The notes beneath the pieces were generated by a model, which was not told the DNA's origin, searched no databases, and worked only from the letters and a program-made list of their open reading frames with translations. Shown in pieces: positions 47,509 to 56,968 of a stretch of 64,000 nucleotides of DNA. Every line of letters starts with the position of its first letter. Position 1 is the stretch's first letter. The position numbers were made by a program, and so were the translations under genes. The DNA lies in the IMG/VR virus record IMGVR_UViG_3300033995_001164, positions 124,001 through 188,000 of that record. One strand, given 5' to 3'.

Positions 47509-48210
47509 ATGATAAACATTCCATTAAATAAGATTTTATTTTTAGATATTGAAACCGTTGGGATTGAACCCACTTGGGAATCGTTATGTACGAATAGACC
47601 GGAACTTTCCTTTCAGTTTGAAAAATATTTTGATTGGTTTCAAAAAAGGTTCCCCGAAGATGCCGATGAAGGTCCGGGAAAAATGTTTGTTAATCGGGCA
47701 GCACTAGTCCCTGAATTCTTAAGAATTGCTTGTGTTAGTGTTGCCTTTATTGGGCCTGATGGTGAAACAAAAATGCAGTCATTTAGTAATCTTGATGAAA
47801 AAGAATTACTAATAGATGTTCAAAAAATGCTTTATCGTACCGGTGAATTAGGGTTTTTTCTTTGCGGACATAATGTTAAAGGTTTTGATATTCCTGTTCT
47901 TGCTAAAAGAATGATAATGAATGGGTTACTACCTCCAAAAATTTTACCAGGTCACGATACTAAACCTTGGGAAATTAAAGCTCTTGATACTAAAGAAGTG
48001 TGGCAATATGGTGGTTATGGGTCAATTGCCTCATTAGAGTTAATGTGTGTGTGTTTAGGTGTTGAATCGTCTAAAAATATGGAAGTAACAGGAAATAAAG
48101 TTCATGAAGCCTTTTGGATTAAAAAAGACATTAAAGGTATTGTAGAATACTGCGAAAAAGATGTTGAGGTACTAGTGGAAGTAATTAAAAAATTAAAAGA
48201 ATTAAAATAA
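47509..48210 (+). CDS. Stand-alone PolB-type 3'-5' exonuclease
   Basis: 233 aa; DEDDy motifs FLDIET, GHNVKGFD and YCEKD. Confidence 0.85.
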   Translation: MINIPLNKILFLDIETVGIEPTWESLCTNRPELSFQFEKYFDWFQKRFPEDADEGPGKMFVNRAALVPEFLRIACVSVAFIGPDGETKMQSFSNLDEKELLIDVQKMLYRTGELGFFLCGHNVKGFDIPVLAKRMIMNGLLPPKILPGHDTKPWEIKALDTKEVWQYGGYGSIASLELMCVCLGVESSKNMEVTGNKVHEAFWIKKDIKGIVEYCEKDVEVLVEVIKKLKELK

Positions 48211-48926
48211 TGGGAGGATTTGATGGTTTAGATGGTTTAGGGTTTGACCCTGAAATATTAAATGATATTCAAAATCATTTTAAAAAAATACAGGAAGAAT
48301 CAGGTGTTGAGATTGACGAAGACGACGAATACCAAAAAGAGTTGGAAGAATTGATTGGTATGACGTATGAGGAGATGAACGAAGACGCGTTAAAAGCAAT
48401 TAAGACTAAAAATTTAAAAGTGGAATTATTAAATGAGGATGCGAAGTTTCCTGAATACGCTTACCCAAGTGATTCAGGATTTGACCTATTTTCGACGGAA
48501 GAAGTTATTCTACCTCCATTTGGTCGGGGATTAGTCCCAACAGGTATTAAATTATCAATCCCTGATGAATTTGAAATACAAGTAAGACCAAAAAGCGGTT
48601 TAGCGATTAATCAAGGTTTAACAGTATTAAATACTCCCGGAACTGTAGATTGTTTCTCTGAGGATATGAAAATACTTACAGTTGATGGTGAGAAATTATT
48701 ATCGGAATTAAAAATAAACGATGTTGTTTTTTCAGTTAATGAAAAAACTTTTGAGATTGAAAAAGATGTCGTATCCAACATATTTGATACAGAAACTCAA
48801 GAAGTTCTTATTATTGAAACGGAATTAGGTGTGCTAGAAGTCACACCAAATTCCGAGGTATATACGACTAACGGAATTATTTTAGCCAAAAATTTAAAAG
48901 AAAATGATGAAATTATAATCTTTTAA
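48210..48926 (+). CDS. dut: dUTPase N-terminal half fused to split-intein N fragment
   Basis: dUTPase motifs SGFDL, RPKSGLA and TPGTVD, then Cys (48651) begins a 91-aa IntN (CFSEDMKILT...LAKNLKENDEI). Confidence 0.9.
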   Translation: MGGFDGLDGLGFDPEILNDIQNHFKKIQEESGVEIDEDDEYQKELEELIGMTYEEMNEDALKAIKTKNLKVELLNEDAKFPEYAYPSDSGFDLFSTEEVILPPFGRGLVPTGIKLSIPDEFEIQVRPKSGLAINQGLTVLNTPGTVDCFSEDMKILTVDGEKLLSELKINDVVFSVNEKTFEIEKDVVSNIFDTETQEVLIIETELGVLEVTPNSEVYTTNGIILAKNLKENDEIIIF

Positions 48927-48938
48927 TCACCAGTATAC

Positions 48939-48960
48939 TATCTATCAATAAAGATAGATA
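48939..48960 (+). promoter_or_regulatory. Hairpin immediately upstream of endonuclease start
   Basis: Perfect 8-bp stem TATCTATC-AATAAA-GATAGATA ending 6 nt before ATG 48967. Confidence 0.45.
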
Positions 48961-48966
48961 TAGAGT

Positions 48967-49854
48967 ATGTCGGTAAAATGTCAAATATGCGGGGTTGAGA
49001 AAGAATACTCAATAGTGGAACACTTAAAGTACGAACACAAAATAACCTCAAAAGAATATAAAGAAAGGTTTCCTAAATCTAATGTTAAGTCAGTTGAATT
49101 TTTTAAAATGAATTCAAATAATATGAAGTCAAAATGGTCGGAACCTGAGTTTAAAGAAAAGATGAAAATTTCAAGAAAAATTTCACATAATAAACCAGAA
49201 TTTATTGAAAAAATGAGTGAAATTGTGAAAAAAAAACACAAGGAAACTCCTGAAATTTACTCCGGTTTTACATCGTGGTCTAAAAGTGAAAGGTTTAAAG
49301 AATGGGTTAAATCTGAAGAAAGAATTAAAAAAATATCAAAAAGTTCAAAAGAAAGATGGGAAGATGATGATTATCGAAAAAGAACTATACAAACAATTAA
49401 AGAGAGATTAAATGATGGGAGATGTCAAAAAAGTGACGATTTTAAAGAAAAAATGTCGGAGATAATATCAAAATTATATAGTTCAGGTAAGTTCTCTAAT
49501 GACAGTAATAGATATAAAACAGGAACATACACATCAAATAAACAAGAAACTTTTTATTATTCATCATCATACGAGTTAGATTCTATGAAGTTTTTGGACT
49601 CTATAGATTATGTTAAAACATGGACAAATAAACACGGAATAAGAATCAAATATTATTATAATAATATGAATAGATACTATATTCCTGATTTCTATGTTGA
49701 ATTAGAAAATGGTAATAAATTTATTATTGAAATGAAGGGATGGGAAACCGAAGAAGTTTTAATTAAACAAAAATATACATTAAAACAATACCCAAACTAT
49801 AAACTATTTTATTCAGTCGACGATTTAAAAAAATTCATATATGAAAACAAGTAA
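48967..49854 (+). mobile_element. Free-standing endonuclease (C2H2 finger, NUMOD3-like repeats, TnsA-like PD-(D/E)XK head)
   Basis: 295 aa; CQIC...H...H; KEKMKIS, EKMSEI and KEKMSEI repeats; SSYE...YIPDFYV...IIEMKG. Confidence 0.8.
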
Positions 49855-50146
49855 AATTAAAAAAATCACCAAAACGGAAAAACAAACTTATGATATAACA
49901 GTAAAAAACAATCATAATTTTTTTTGTAATAAACATCTAATACACAATTGTGGTTATAATGGAGAAATTAAAGTAATCGTCTTCAACACAAATAATATAA
50001 CAAAATCAATCCCTAAAGGGACAAAAATCGCTCAAGCAGTTTTATGTCCAGTGGTTAATGGAAAATATGTCAACTTAATTCAAGTTGATTCAATAACTGA
50101 AGGGGAACGAGGAAATAACGGATTTGGGTCAACAGGTTTAATTTAA
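49841..50146 (+). CDS. dut: Split-intein C fragment fused to dUTPase C-terminal half
   Basis: 36-aa IntC MKTSKIKKI...TYDITVKNNHNFFCNKHLIHN (to 49948), then C+1 GYNGEI, KIAQAVL and RGNNGFGSTG (dUTPase motifs 3-5). Confidence 0.9.
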   Translation: MKTSKIKKITKTEKQTYDITVKNNHNFFCNKHLIHNCGYNGEIKVIVFNTNNITKSIPKGTKIAQAVLCPVVNGKYVNLIQVDSITEGERGNNGFGSTGLI

Positions 50147-50153
50147 AACAATC

Positions 50154-50717
50154 ATGAAAATAATACAGTTAGGAACAAATGATGGCCAGGATGATTTAAC
50201 AAAAATAGTTATGTCGTATAAACCATCGGACATTGAACTTTTGGTTTTAGTTGAACCTCAAGAAATTTTTAATAGTAGTATTAAAAATATATATCAAGAT
50301 TATAATTTTAATATTGAAAATAAAATTATAAATTTAGACGAAAGTAAAAAATCTGAAATTTTTTATACTTGTATTCATAAACATTTAAGCAGTTTAAAAA
50401 AAGAAAACATTGAAAATCATGGTTTAGGTGTTCCAATATCAGAGGTTGTTTACGAATCAATAACATTGAATGAGTTATTTGAAAAATATAATGTGGTTGA
50501 TTTGGATATTTTATTTGTTGATGTTGAAGGTATGGACGACAAAATAATATCAAGTATTGATTTTAATAAAGTTTCTATAAAACAAATTTACTACGAATTT
50601 TCTCACATAGATGACGAATCTTTTATTAATTTTTTAAATACAAGGGGATATGAAGTCCATAAAAATATTTTTTATAATGGATATACCAATTTGGCAACTA
50701 AAAAATGTAATTTATGA
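50154..50717 (+). CDS. FkbM-family methyltransferase
   Basis: 187 aa; IIQLGTNDG, LVEP, ITLNELFEKY..DILFVDVEG. Confidence 0.8.
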   Translation: MKIIQLGTNDGQDDLTKIVMSYKPSDIELLVLVEPQEIFNSSIKNIYQDYNFNIENKIINLDESKKSEIFYTCIHKHLSSLKKENIENHGLGVPISEVVYESITLNELFEKYNVVDLDILFVDVEGMDDKIISSIDFNKVSIKQIYYEFSHIDDESFINFLNTRGYEVHKNIFYNGYTNLATKKCNL

Positions 50718-51445
50718 AAATATCGTTAGTTTGTATTGCGAAAAATGAGGATAATTATATTCAGGAATGGATTAATTATCATTTAAAATTAGGGTTTGAT
50801 AATATTTTTATTTACGAAAATGATTGGGACTCAAAAATTGAAAATCATAAAGTCACTAAATACCCTGTTGTGGGAGTTAAACAACAAATTCCCGTCTATA
50901 ATGAGTTTATTTCAAAACATAAAAACAGTTATGATTGGGCAGCGTTTTTAGATGTTGATGAGTTTTTGGTATTAAAAAAACATAAAACAATTCACGAATT
51001 TATTGAGGACTACAAAGACAATGATTCTATTGGGGTTAATTGGGTTTTGTTCGGTGACAATAATTTAACTAAAAGTGACGACTACGGAATGATTAATCGT
51101 TTTACAATGAGACAAAATTCACCAAATCACCACATTAAATCAATAATTAATTTAAAAAATGCTGGATATATGTCGGTACATAACCATAGTGGTAAATGTG
51201 TTGATACCAATTATAAAAGAATTGACAATTCACCATTTAATTATAATGGACCTATAGATGTCGCACAAATAAATCATTATTTTTGTAAAACAAAAGATGA
51301 GTTTATCGAGAAATTAAATAGGGGTAGGGCCGACAATGGAACACATAGAGACATTTCCGATTTTAACGACAATAATTTCAATGAAATTGAAGACTTAACA
51401 GCAATGAACTTTTTATATGATAACAATAATTTACTCAACACATAA
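50714..51445 (+). CDS. GT2/GT92-like glycosyltransferase
   Basis: 243 aa; CIAKNEDNYIQEWINYHLKLGFD, AFLDVDEF, INHY. Confidence 0.8.
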   Translation: MKISLVCIAKNEDNYIQEWINYHLKLGFDNIFIYENDWDSKIENHKVTKYPVVGVKQQIPVYNEFISKHKNSYDWAAFLDVDEFLVLKKHKTIHEFIEDYKDNDSIGVNWVLFGDNNLTKSDDYGMINRFTMRQNSPNHHIKSIINLKNAGYMSVHNHSGKCVDTNYKRIDNSPFNYNGPIDVAQINHYFCKTKDEFIEKLNRGRADNGTHRDISDFNDNNFNEIEDLTAMNFLYDNNNLLNT

Positions 51446-52928
51446 AGACGAAATTTATAATAACAAATTTAGACAACATTTGTTACAAAGTTCCGGGCTA
51501 AAAGATATTCAAATATTAGAATACATTAATCACAATCAATATAGTTTATCTGAATTATACAATAGAGGTATATCCGAATCAGAAAACGACATCATTGTAT
51601 GTTGTCATAACGATATAAAACTTGAAAATGGTTGGGGTAAAAAATTACTTAATGATTTTGATAAAAATCCTGATTATGGGATTATAGGTAAAGCTGGTTC
51701 TTGTTATTTTCCGGAATCCGGAATTTATTGGGAAAAAATGCGTCAGACAATGGTTGGTCAAGTTTATCATCACCCTGAAGGTCGGAAAAAATGGTTAAAT
51801 ACTTATTCATCAAAATTACCGTATTTAATCCCTGTCGTAACTATTGATGGATTATTTATATCGTTTAATAAATTAAAAGTTAAGAACCAATTTGATGAAA
51901 CAATTGGTAAATTTCACTTTTATGACCATTTATTTTGTATACCAAATTATTTAGACGGTGTTAAAATTGGTGTAACCTCATCATTTGAAATTACTCATGA
52001 ATCCGTAGGACAACCGAATCAAGAATTTTTTGAATCAAAAGATAAATTTATTTTAAAGTGGGGAAAAAAATTACCCTTAGATTTGAAACCTGAAAAAATA
52101 TATGTCCCCGAAATTAAAGAAAAACCAATTAAAAATATTGGTAAAGTTGCCATTATTATTCCGACCAAAAGTAAATTAGATTTATTATTACCTTGTATCG
52201 AATCATTTTACGAACATTGTAACGAAAATTTATTTGAAATATTCATATCAGACACTGGTTCATCAGAAGAAGAAAAAAATGAAATTAAAAATTTTATTTC
52301 ATTTAAACAAAACATAAAGTTAATTGAATATGATTATTACAATTTTGCGAAAATAAATAATGATGTCGTTAAAAATCATTTAACTGACTCTCATGAGTTC
52401 ATTTTATTTTGTAATAATGATATTAAGGTTTGTAATAATGCGATTTACGGAATGTTAAAAATCTTCAAAGAAAATAAAAAAGTTGGGACCGTAGGTGCTA
52501 GACTTCACTTTAAAGATAATACAATACAACATGGAGGTATTACAATGTTAATTAATGGTAATAATATTTTAGGTGTCACCCATAATAATTTAGGTAGTTA
52601 CTATGGTGATTCGATTAGTAAGAAAACTATTCTCGGAAGTACCGGAGCGTTATTAATGATAAAAAAGATAGTATTTGAACAATCCGGATATTTTAACGAA
52701 AATTACATCAATTGTTTTGAAGATGTTGAATTAAATTTAAAAACTAACTTGTTAGGCTACTCTAATGTGTATGACGGAAATATAGTTGCGTATCACTATG
52801 AAAGCAGTACAAGAAATGAAGATGAAGATAATATAAAAAAATTAATGTCAGATTACCACAATAATTTATTACCATTCATAATTAAACATTTTAATCATTT
52901 AAAAGATAAAATTCAAATTATTAATTAA
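51417..52928 (+). CDS. Two-domain GT2-type glycosyltransferase
   Basis: 503 aa; CCHNDI and FHFYD in domain 1; IIIPTK, FCNNDI, TGALLMI...FEDVEL in domain 2. Confidence 0.8.
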   Translation: MITIIYSTHKDEIYNNKFRQHLLQSSGLKDIQILEYINHNQYSLSELYNRGISESENDIIVCCHNDIKLENGWGKKLLNDFDKNPDYGIIGKAGSCYFPESGIYWEKMRQTMVGQVYHHPEGRKKWLNTYSSKLPYLIPVVTIDGLFISFNKLKVKNQFDETIGKFHFYDHLFCIPNYLDGVKIGVTSSFEITHESVGQPNQEFFESKDKFILKWGKKLPLDLKPEKIYVPEIKEKPIKNIGKVAIIIPTKSKLDLLLPCIESFYEHCNENLFEIFISDTGSSEEEKNEIKNFISFKQNIKLIEYDYYNFAKINNDVVKNHLTDSHEFILFCNNDIKVCNNAIYGMLKIFKENKKVGTVGARLHFKDNTIQHGGITMLINGNNILGVTHNNLGSYYGDSISKKTILGSTGALLMIKKIVFEQSGYFNENYINCFEDVELNLKTNLLGYSNVYDGNIVAYHYESSTRNEDEDNIKKLMSDYHNNLLPFIIKHFNHLKDKIQIIN

Positions 52929-53039
52929 AAAAAAATGAGAATAGAGTTACACACAAAACCGTGGTGGGGTTATAATAAATAAAGAAAAGTATTACTCATC
53001 AAATGTTACTAAATAAATAAAACAAAAATATATTATAAT

Positions 53040-54197
53040 ATGAAAATTGGAGTTATTGGGGCAAACACGTTAGGAGTTGCCTTTTCATTAATATGTGAAA
53101 AAGCTGGATACGATGTCACGATTTATGATGAAAATGAAGACGTTATTTCGAATCTGAATCAAGAAATATACAACACAACCGAACCATTAATTCAAAAAAT
53201 GTTATTCGACTCATATGAGTTTTCCGGAACTACAAATGTTATTGAATTAATAGAGAGATGTGATTTTATATTTACATTCGTCGACACAATACCAACCATT
53301 GATGGTGGAAATGATACTACAAAAGTTTTTGAGGTGTCAAATCATTTTTTCACAGCGTCACAATTAGATATACCGATTCATAATAAAAAATTCATAATTG
53401 GGTCAACAATGAATCCTGGTGAAACAGAACAGATTCAAGAAAAATTACATATGTTCAATATAGAAGTTGGGTATTGCCCAACAATGTCATCTGAAGGTAA
53501 TATAATTAACGGGTATTATAGTTCTGACATTATAATAATTGGGACTGAACACCAAGAACTCTCGAATCATTTAATTTATTTGTTTAGTAAAATTCAACCA
53601 AACGGACTTAATGTTCATACAATGTCTTCTAAAGCGGCAGAGATTTCTAAATTATCAATAAATGCATATTTGTCTATGAAAATTAGTTTCGTTAATATGT
53701 TAGGTGATTTATTTATTAAATCCGGATTAAAAGAAGAATGTGGTGTGATATTAAATGCTATTGGGGGAGATTCGAGGATTGGTTCAAAATCACTTAAATA
53801 TGGGTTCGGATATGGAGGACTTAATCTCCCAAGAGATTCTAAAACACTAACTGAATTTATAAAAAAATATGAAATCGATGATACATTAATATCATCGATT
53901 AAAAATAGTAATGAAAATCATTTAAAATTCTTAAAAGAACATTACATATCTCAAAATCCGAATAAAGAAACCCCTTTTGTTGTTGAATATATTGGGTTTA
54001 AAAAAGGGACTGAAAATTTAATGAATTCACAACAATGGAATCTTTGTCTTGATTTACTTAAGGAGGGGTATTATATTAATGTGATTGATGACAATAAACT
54101 TGGTATTCAATTCCATGAGTTATGTTTATTTTATAATAATAGACTTAAATTTTATAAATCAGGTACGACGCCTGAAGGATATAAAATCAAATTATAA
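53040..54197 (+). CDS. UDP-glucose/GDP-mannose dehydrogenase-family protein with degenerate active site
   Basis: 385 aa; AEISKLSINAY...DSRIG...GFGYGGLNLPRD (catalytic Cys position is Asn). Confidence 0.8.
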   Translation: MKIGVIGANTLGVAFSLICEKAGYDVTIYDENEDVISNLNQEIYNTTEPLIQKMLFDSYEFSGTTNVIELIERCDFIFTFVDTIPTIDGGNDTTKVFEVSNHFFTASQLDIPIHNKKFIIGSTMNPGETEQIQEKLHMFNIEVGYCPTMSSEGNIINGYYSSDIIIIGTEHQELSNHLIYLFSKIQPNGLNVHTMSSKAAEISKLSINAYLSMKISFVNMLGDLFIKSGLKEECGVILNAIGGDSRIGSKSLKYGFGYGGLNLPRDSKTLTEFIKKYEIDDTLISSIKNSNENHLKFLKEHYISQNPNKETPFVVEYIGFKKGTENLMNSQQWNLCLDLLKEGYYINVIDDNKLGIQFHELCLFYNNRLKFYKSGTTPEGYKIKL

Positions 54198-54300
54198 TGA
54201 AATTTATAACAGAAAGAACCGACCAAGAACTTATTAGAGAGATATGTGATAAGAATAAGTTTATAATACTATACTACTATAAATCAAATAAAAACTAAAA

Positions 54301-55044
54301 ATGCAAAAACCTACAAAAGGAATTAAACCAAAACCAACATCTGATGTTACAGGTGACAAAGTTGATAAAAAAACTAAAAAACAATTAATTTGTTCGTTGG
54401 TTAAAAAGAAAACTAAAGAAAAATTTTTATCAGAGGGTCAAAGAAAATATTACGATATTCTTAACAACAATCAGATAACAATTTGTTCCGGACCCGCAGG
54501 TGTAGGTAAAAGTTATATCGCAATGAAAGCAGCTGTTGATTTATTGTTAGATGAAACAAATTTTTATGAAAAAATAATAATTGTTAGGCCAGCCGTTGAA
54601 GCAGAAGAAAAACTTGGTAGTTTACCAGGTGGAGTAGAAGAAAAATTAGACCCTTATATTTTTCCATCTTATTATCTTTTAAATAAAATTATAGGTAAAG
54701 AGACAAGGGAAAAATTAAAAGAAATTGAAGCGATTGAAGTATTTGCATTGGCTTACATGAGAGGAATGAATATCGACAATTCAATATTAATTTTTGAAGA
54801 AGCCCAAAATTCCACCCCAAGTCAAATGAAACTTCTTTTAACAAGAATTGGATTTAATTCAAAATTCTTTATTTCAGGGGATTTGGAACAATTTGATAGA
54901 CATAAAGATAGAACACAAACCGGGTTATGGGATGCTCTTAAAAAGTTTCAAGATTTAGAAGATGTTGGGACATTTGAATTTAGTTCTGAGGATATTGTGA
55001 GAAATCCATTAATTTCTAAAATATTAAAAAGATACGAACCATGA
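54301..55044 (+). CDS. phoH: PhoH-family ATPase
   Basis: GPAGVGKS, RPAVEAEEKLGSLPG, AYMRG, EEAQN, GDLEQFD, DIVRNP. Confidence 0.92.
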   Translation: MQKPTKGIKPKPTSDVTGDKVDKKTKKQLICSLVKKKTKEKFLSEGQRKYYDILNNNQITICSGPAGVGKSYIAMKAAVDLLLDETNFYEKIIIVRPAVEAEEKLGSLPGGVEEKLDPYIFPSYYLLNKIIGKETREKLKEIEAIEVFALAYMRGMNIDNSILIFEEAQNSTPSQMKLLLTRIGFNSKFFISGDLEQFDRHKDRTQTGLWDALKKFQDLEDVGTFEFSSEDIVRNPLISKILKRYEP

Positions 55045-55640
55045 GAATTGGGATAGAGTTAAATGGGGTGTTGAGAGATACCCTTAAAAAAATACAACAA
55101 GAGTACGAAAAATGGTATATTGAAAATCCATTTAAAGAAGAAGGTGAAGAGGGATTTGAATATCAAGTAATCTCTGATTTGACAACTTTGAATATCATGA
55201 CTCACCTTAAATTTAAAAATGAGGACGAATTATATGATTTTCTTTATAAAGAACATACAATGGAGATTTTCGGTCATTCGGGGTCTGTTGAAATATCGAG
55301 TATGTCCGACTTTAACGAATTTTATTTGGACATTAGGGATAATCATGATGTTTTAATTGTTTCCGATGAAATGGGTAAATCAAAACCAGCTTCATTATTT
55401 TTTATTTCAAAATTTGGTTGTTTAGTCGAAACTATAAAATTTTATAGCGAATCAACAATAAATTTGATGTGGGATTCAATAGACGTTTTACTTACCGCAA
55501 ATCCTAAACTATTATTAGACTATCCTGAGGGTAAAACGATAATAAAGTTTAACACCATTTATAACTCAGAAATTAACATCGAGCACTCAATATCAAGTAT
55601 TAAAGAGCTCAAATCTAAAATCGAAAAAATTTATGATTAA
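55041..55640 (+). CDS. 5'(3')-nucleotidase-like HAD protein, degenerate motif I
   Basis: 199 aa; RIGIELNGVLRD instead of D-x-D-G-V. Confidence 0.5.
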   Translation: MRIGIELNGVLRDTLKKIQQEYEKWYIENPFKEEGEEGFEYQVISDLTTLNIMTHLKFKNEDELYDFLYKEHTMEIFGHSGSVEISSMSDFNEFYLDIRDNHDVLIVSDEMGKSKPASLFFISKFGCLVETIKFYSESTINLMWDSIDVLLTANPKLLLDYPEGKTIIKFNTIYNSEINIEHSISSIKELKSKIEKIYD

Positions 55641-55911
55641 TGTATTAGGAGAAGTTTATTATATTGACTTAGACTTAGTTGAAGAATACATTGGAATCTC
55701 CAATGATAATGAGACACTGTCAGGAGACACATCCGAAGTGAAAATAAATATTGTTAAGTTTGACTTAGTAAAAATGATGTTAGACACGGTATTATCAGAG
55801 CATGATGAGCTTGACGAAACATTAGGTATGAAACAAACATCAAATACCAGTATACCATTTAGAATTGCCTTCAATAGCCTATTAAACAAAAAACTTATAA
55901 ATCACTATTAA
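55633..55911 (+). CDS. Hypothetical protein
   Basis: 92 aa; overlaps the upstream gene. Confidence 0.75.
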   Translation: MINVLGEVYYIDLDLVEEYIGISNDNETLSGDTSEVKINIVKFDLVKMMLDTVLSEHDELDETLGMKQTSNTSIPFRIAFNSLLNKKLINHY

Positions 55912-55914
55912 AAT

Positions 55915-56967
55915 ATGGAAAATTCGTTAGAAGAAAAAGTAAAACAATCCATCCAAACATTAAGAGACAAACAATCAAGAATTTATCTATTAGTTCAAGA
56001 CACTAAAGGTAATGCAAGAGCATCTGTTCGTTTTATGTATCAAATGGGCAAAACATTAAAAGACAATGGGTTCAACCCAATCATACTTCATGAAAAGGTA
56101 GATTATGCCGGAGTTGTTGCATGGTTAGACGAATCTTATATGGAGTTACCTCACAAGGCAATTGAAGGTCAAAATTTGGAGATATCTCCTGAAGATTTTT
56201 TGATTATTCCAGAAGTATTTGGTTACATAATGGACCAAGTTAAACAATTACCATGTGCTAAAATTGTGTTGACTCAATCATACTCATATATGTTAGAAAC
56301 GTTACAACCAGGTCAAACTTGGTCTCAATTTGGGTTTATGAAATGTATCACAACTAATAATAAACAAAAAGAATATATTGAGAAAGTTATGAGAAGTTGT
56401 TCTTTTGATATTCTTGAACCTTATATTAGTGAAGTTTTTACACCTAAATTATTACCCGCAATGCCAATCATTGGTATTCATACTAAAGACCAAAGTGATG
56501 CAGTCAATCTAATTAAAACATTTTATTTGAGGTTTCCTCAGTATCGTTGGTTTACCTTTAGAGATTTAAGAGGTTTATCTGAAGTAGAATTTGCTAATTC
56601 TCTTAAAGATTGTTTTGTTAGTGTTTGGGTAGATAATGAAAGTGGATTTGGTACATTTCCATTAGAATCTATGAAATCAAATGTTCCTGTGATAGGTAAA
56701 GTTCCCGACTTACCTCCGACTTGGATGAATGAAGATAACGGTATTTGGATAACAGACCATACATTACTTGCTGATGTTATTTCAGATTTTATTCAAAATT
56801 GGTTAGAGGATAATATTAAACCTGAACTTTATGATGAAATGAAAAAAACATCAGAACAGTTTTCGGACAAACAAAAATTTGAATCATCAGTAGTTTCATT
56901 ATTTGAAAATTACCTAAATACGAGAGCGGATGCGTTCGAACAACAAATCACTAAAACAGAAGAATAA
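55915..56967 (+). CDS. GT-B-like glycosyltransferase
   Basis: 350 aa; IIPE and ESGFGTFPLESM.S.VPVIG (GT4-like donor-binding motif). Confidence 0.7.
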   Translation: MENSLEEKVKQSIQTLRDKQSRIYLLVQDTKGNARASVRFMYQMGKTLKDNGFNPIILHEKVDYAGVVAWLDESYMELPHKAIEGQNLEISPEDFLIIPEVFGYIMDQVKQLPCAKIVLTQSYSYMLETLQPGQTWSQFGFMKCITTNNKQKEYIEKVMRSCSFDILEPYISEVFTPKLLPAMPIIGIHTKDQSDAVNLIKTFYLRFPQYRWFTFRDLRGLSEVEFANSLKDCFVSVWVDNESGFGTFPLESMKSNVPVIGKVPDLPPTWMNEDNGIWITDHTLLADVISDFIQNWLEDNIKPELYDEMKKTSEQFSDKQKFESSVVSLFENYLNTRADAFEQQITKTEE

Positions 56968-56968
56968 T

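Noticed and set aside
52935-52982. 15-aa ORF MRIELHTKPWWGYNK
   Set aside because: Too short, with no motif or homology support from sequence alone.
54197-54298. 33-aa ORF MKFITERTDQ... coupled to the dehydrogenase stop
   Set aside because: It has a suggestive MKFITE start and fills the gap, but nothing else supports it; left unannotated.
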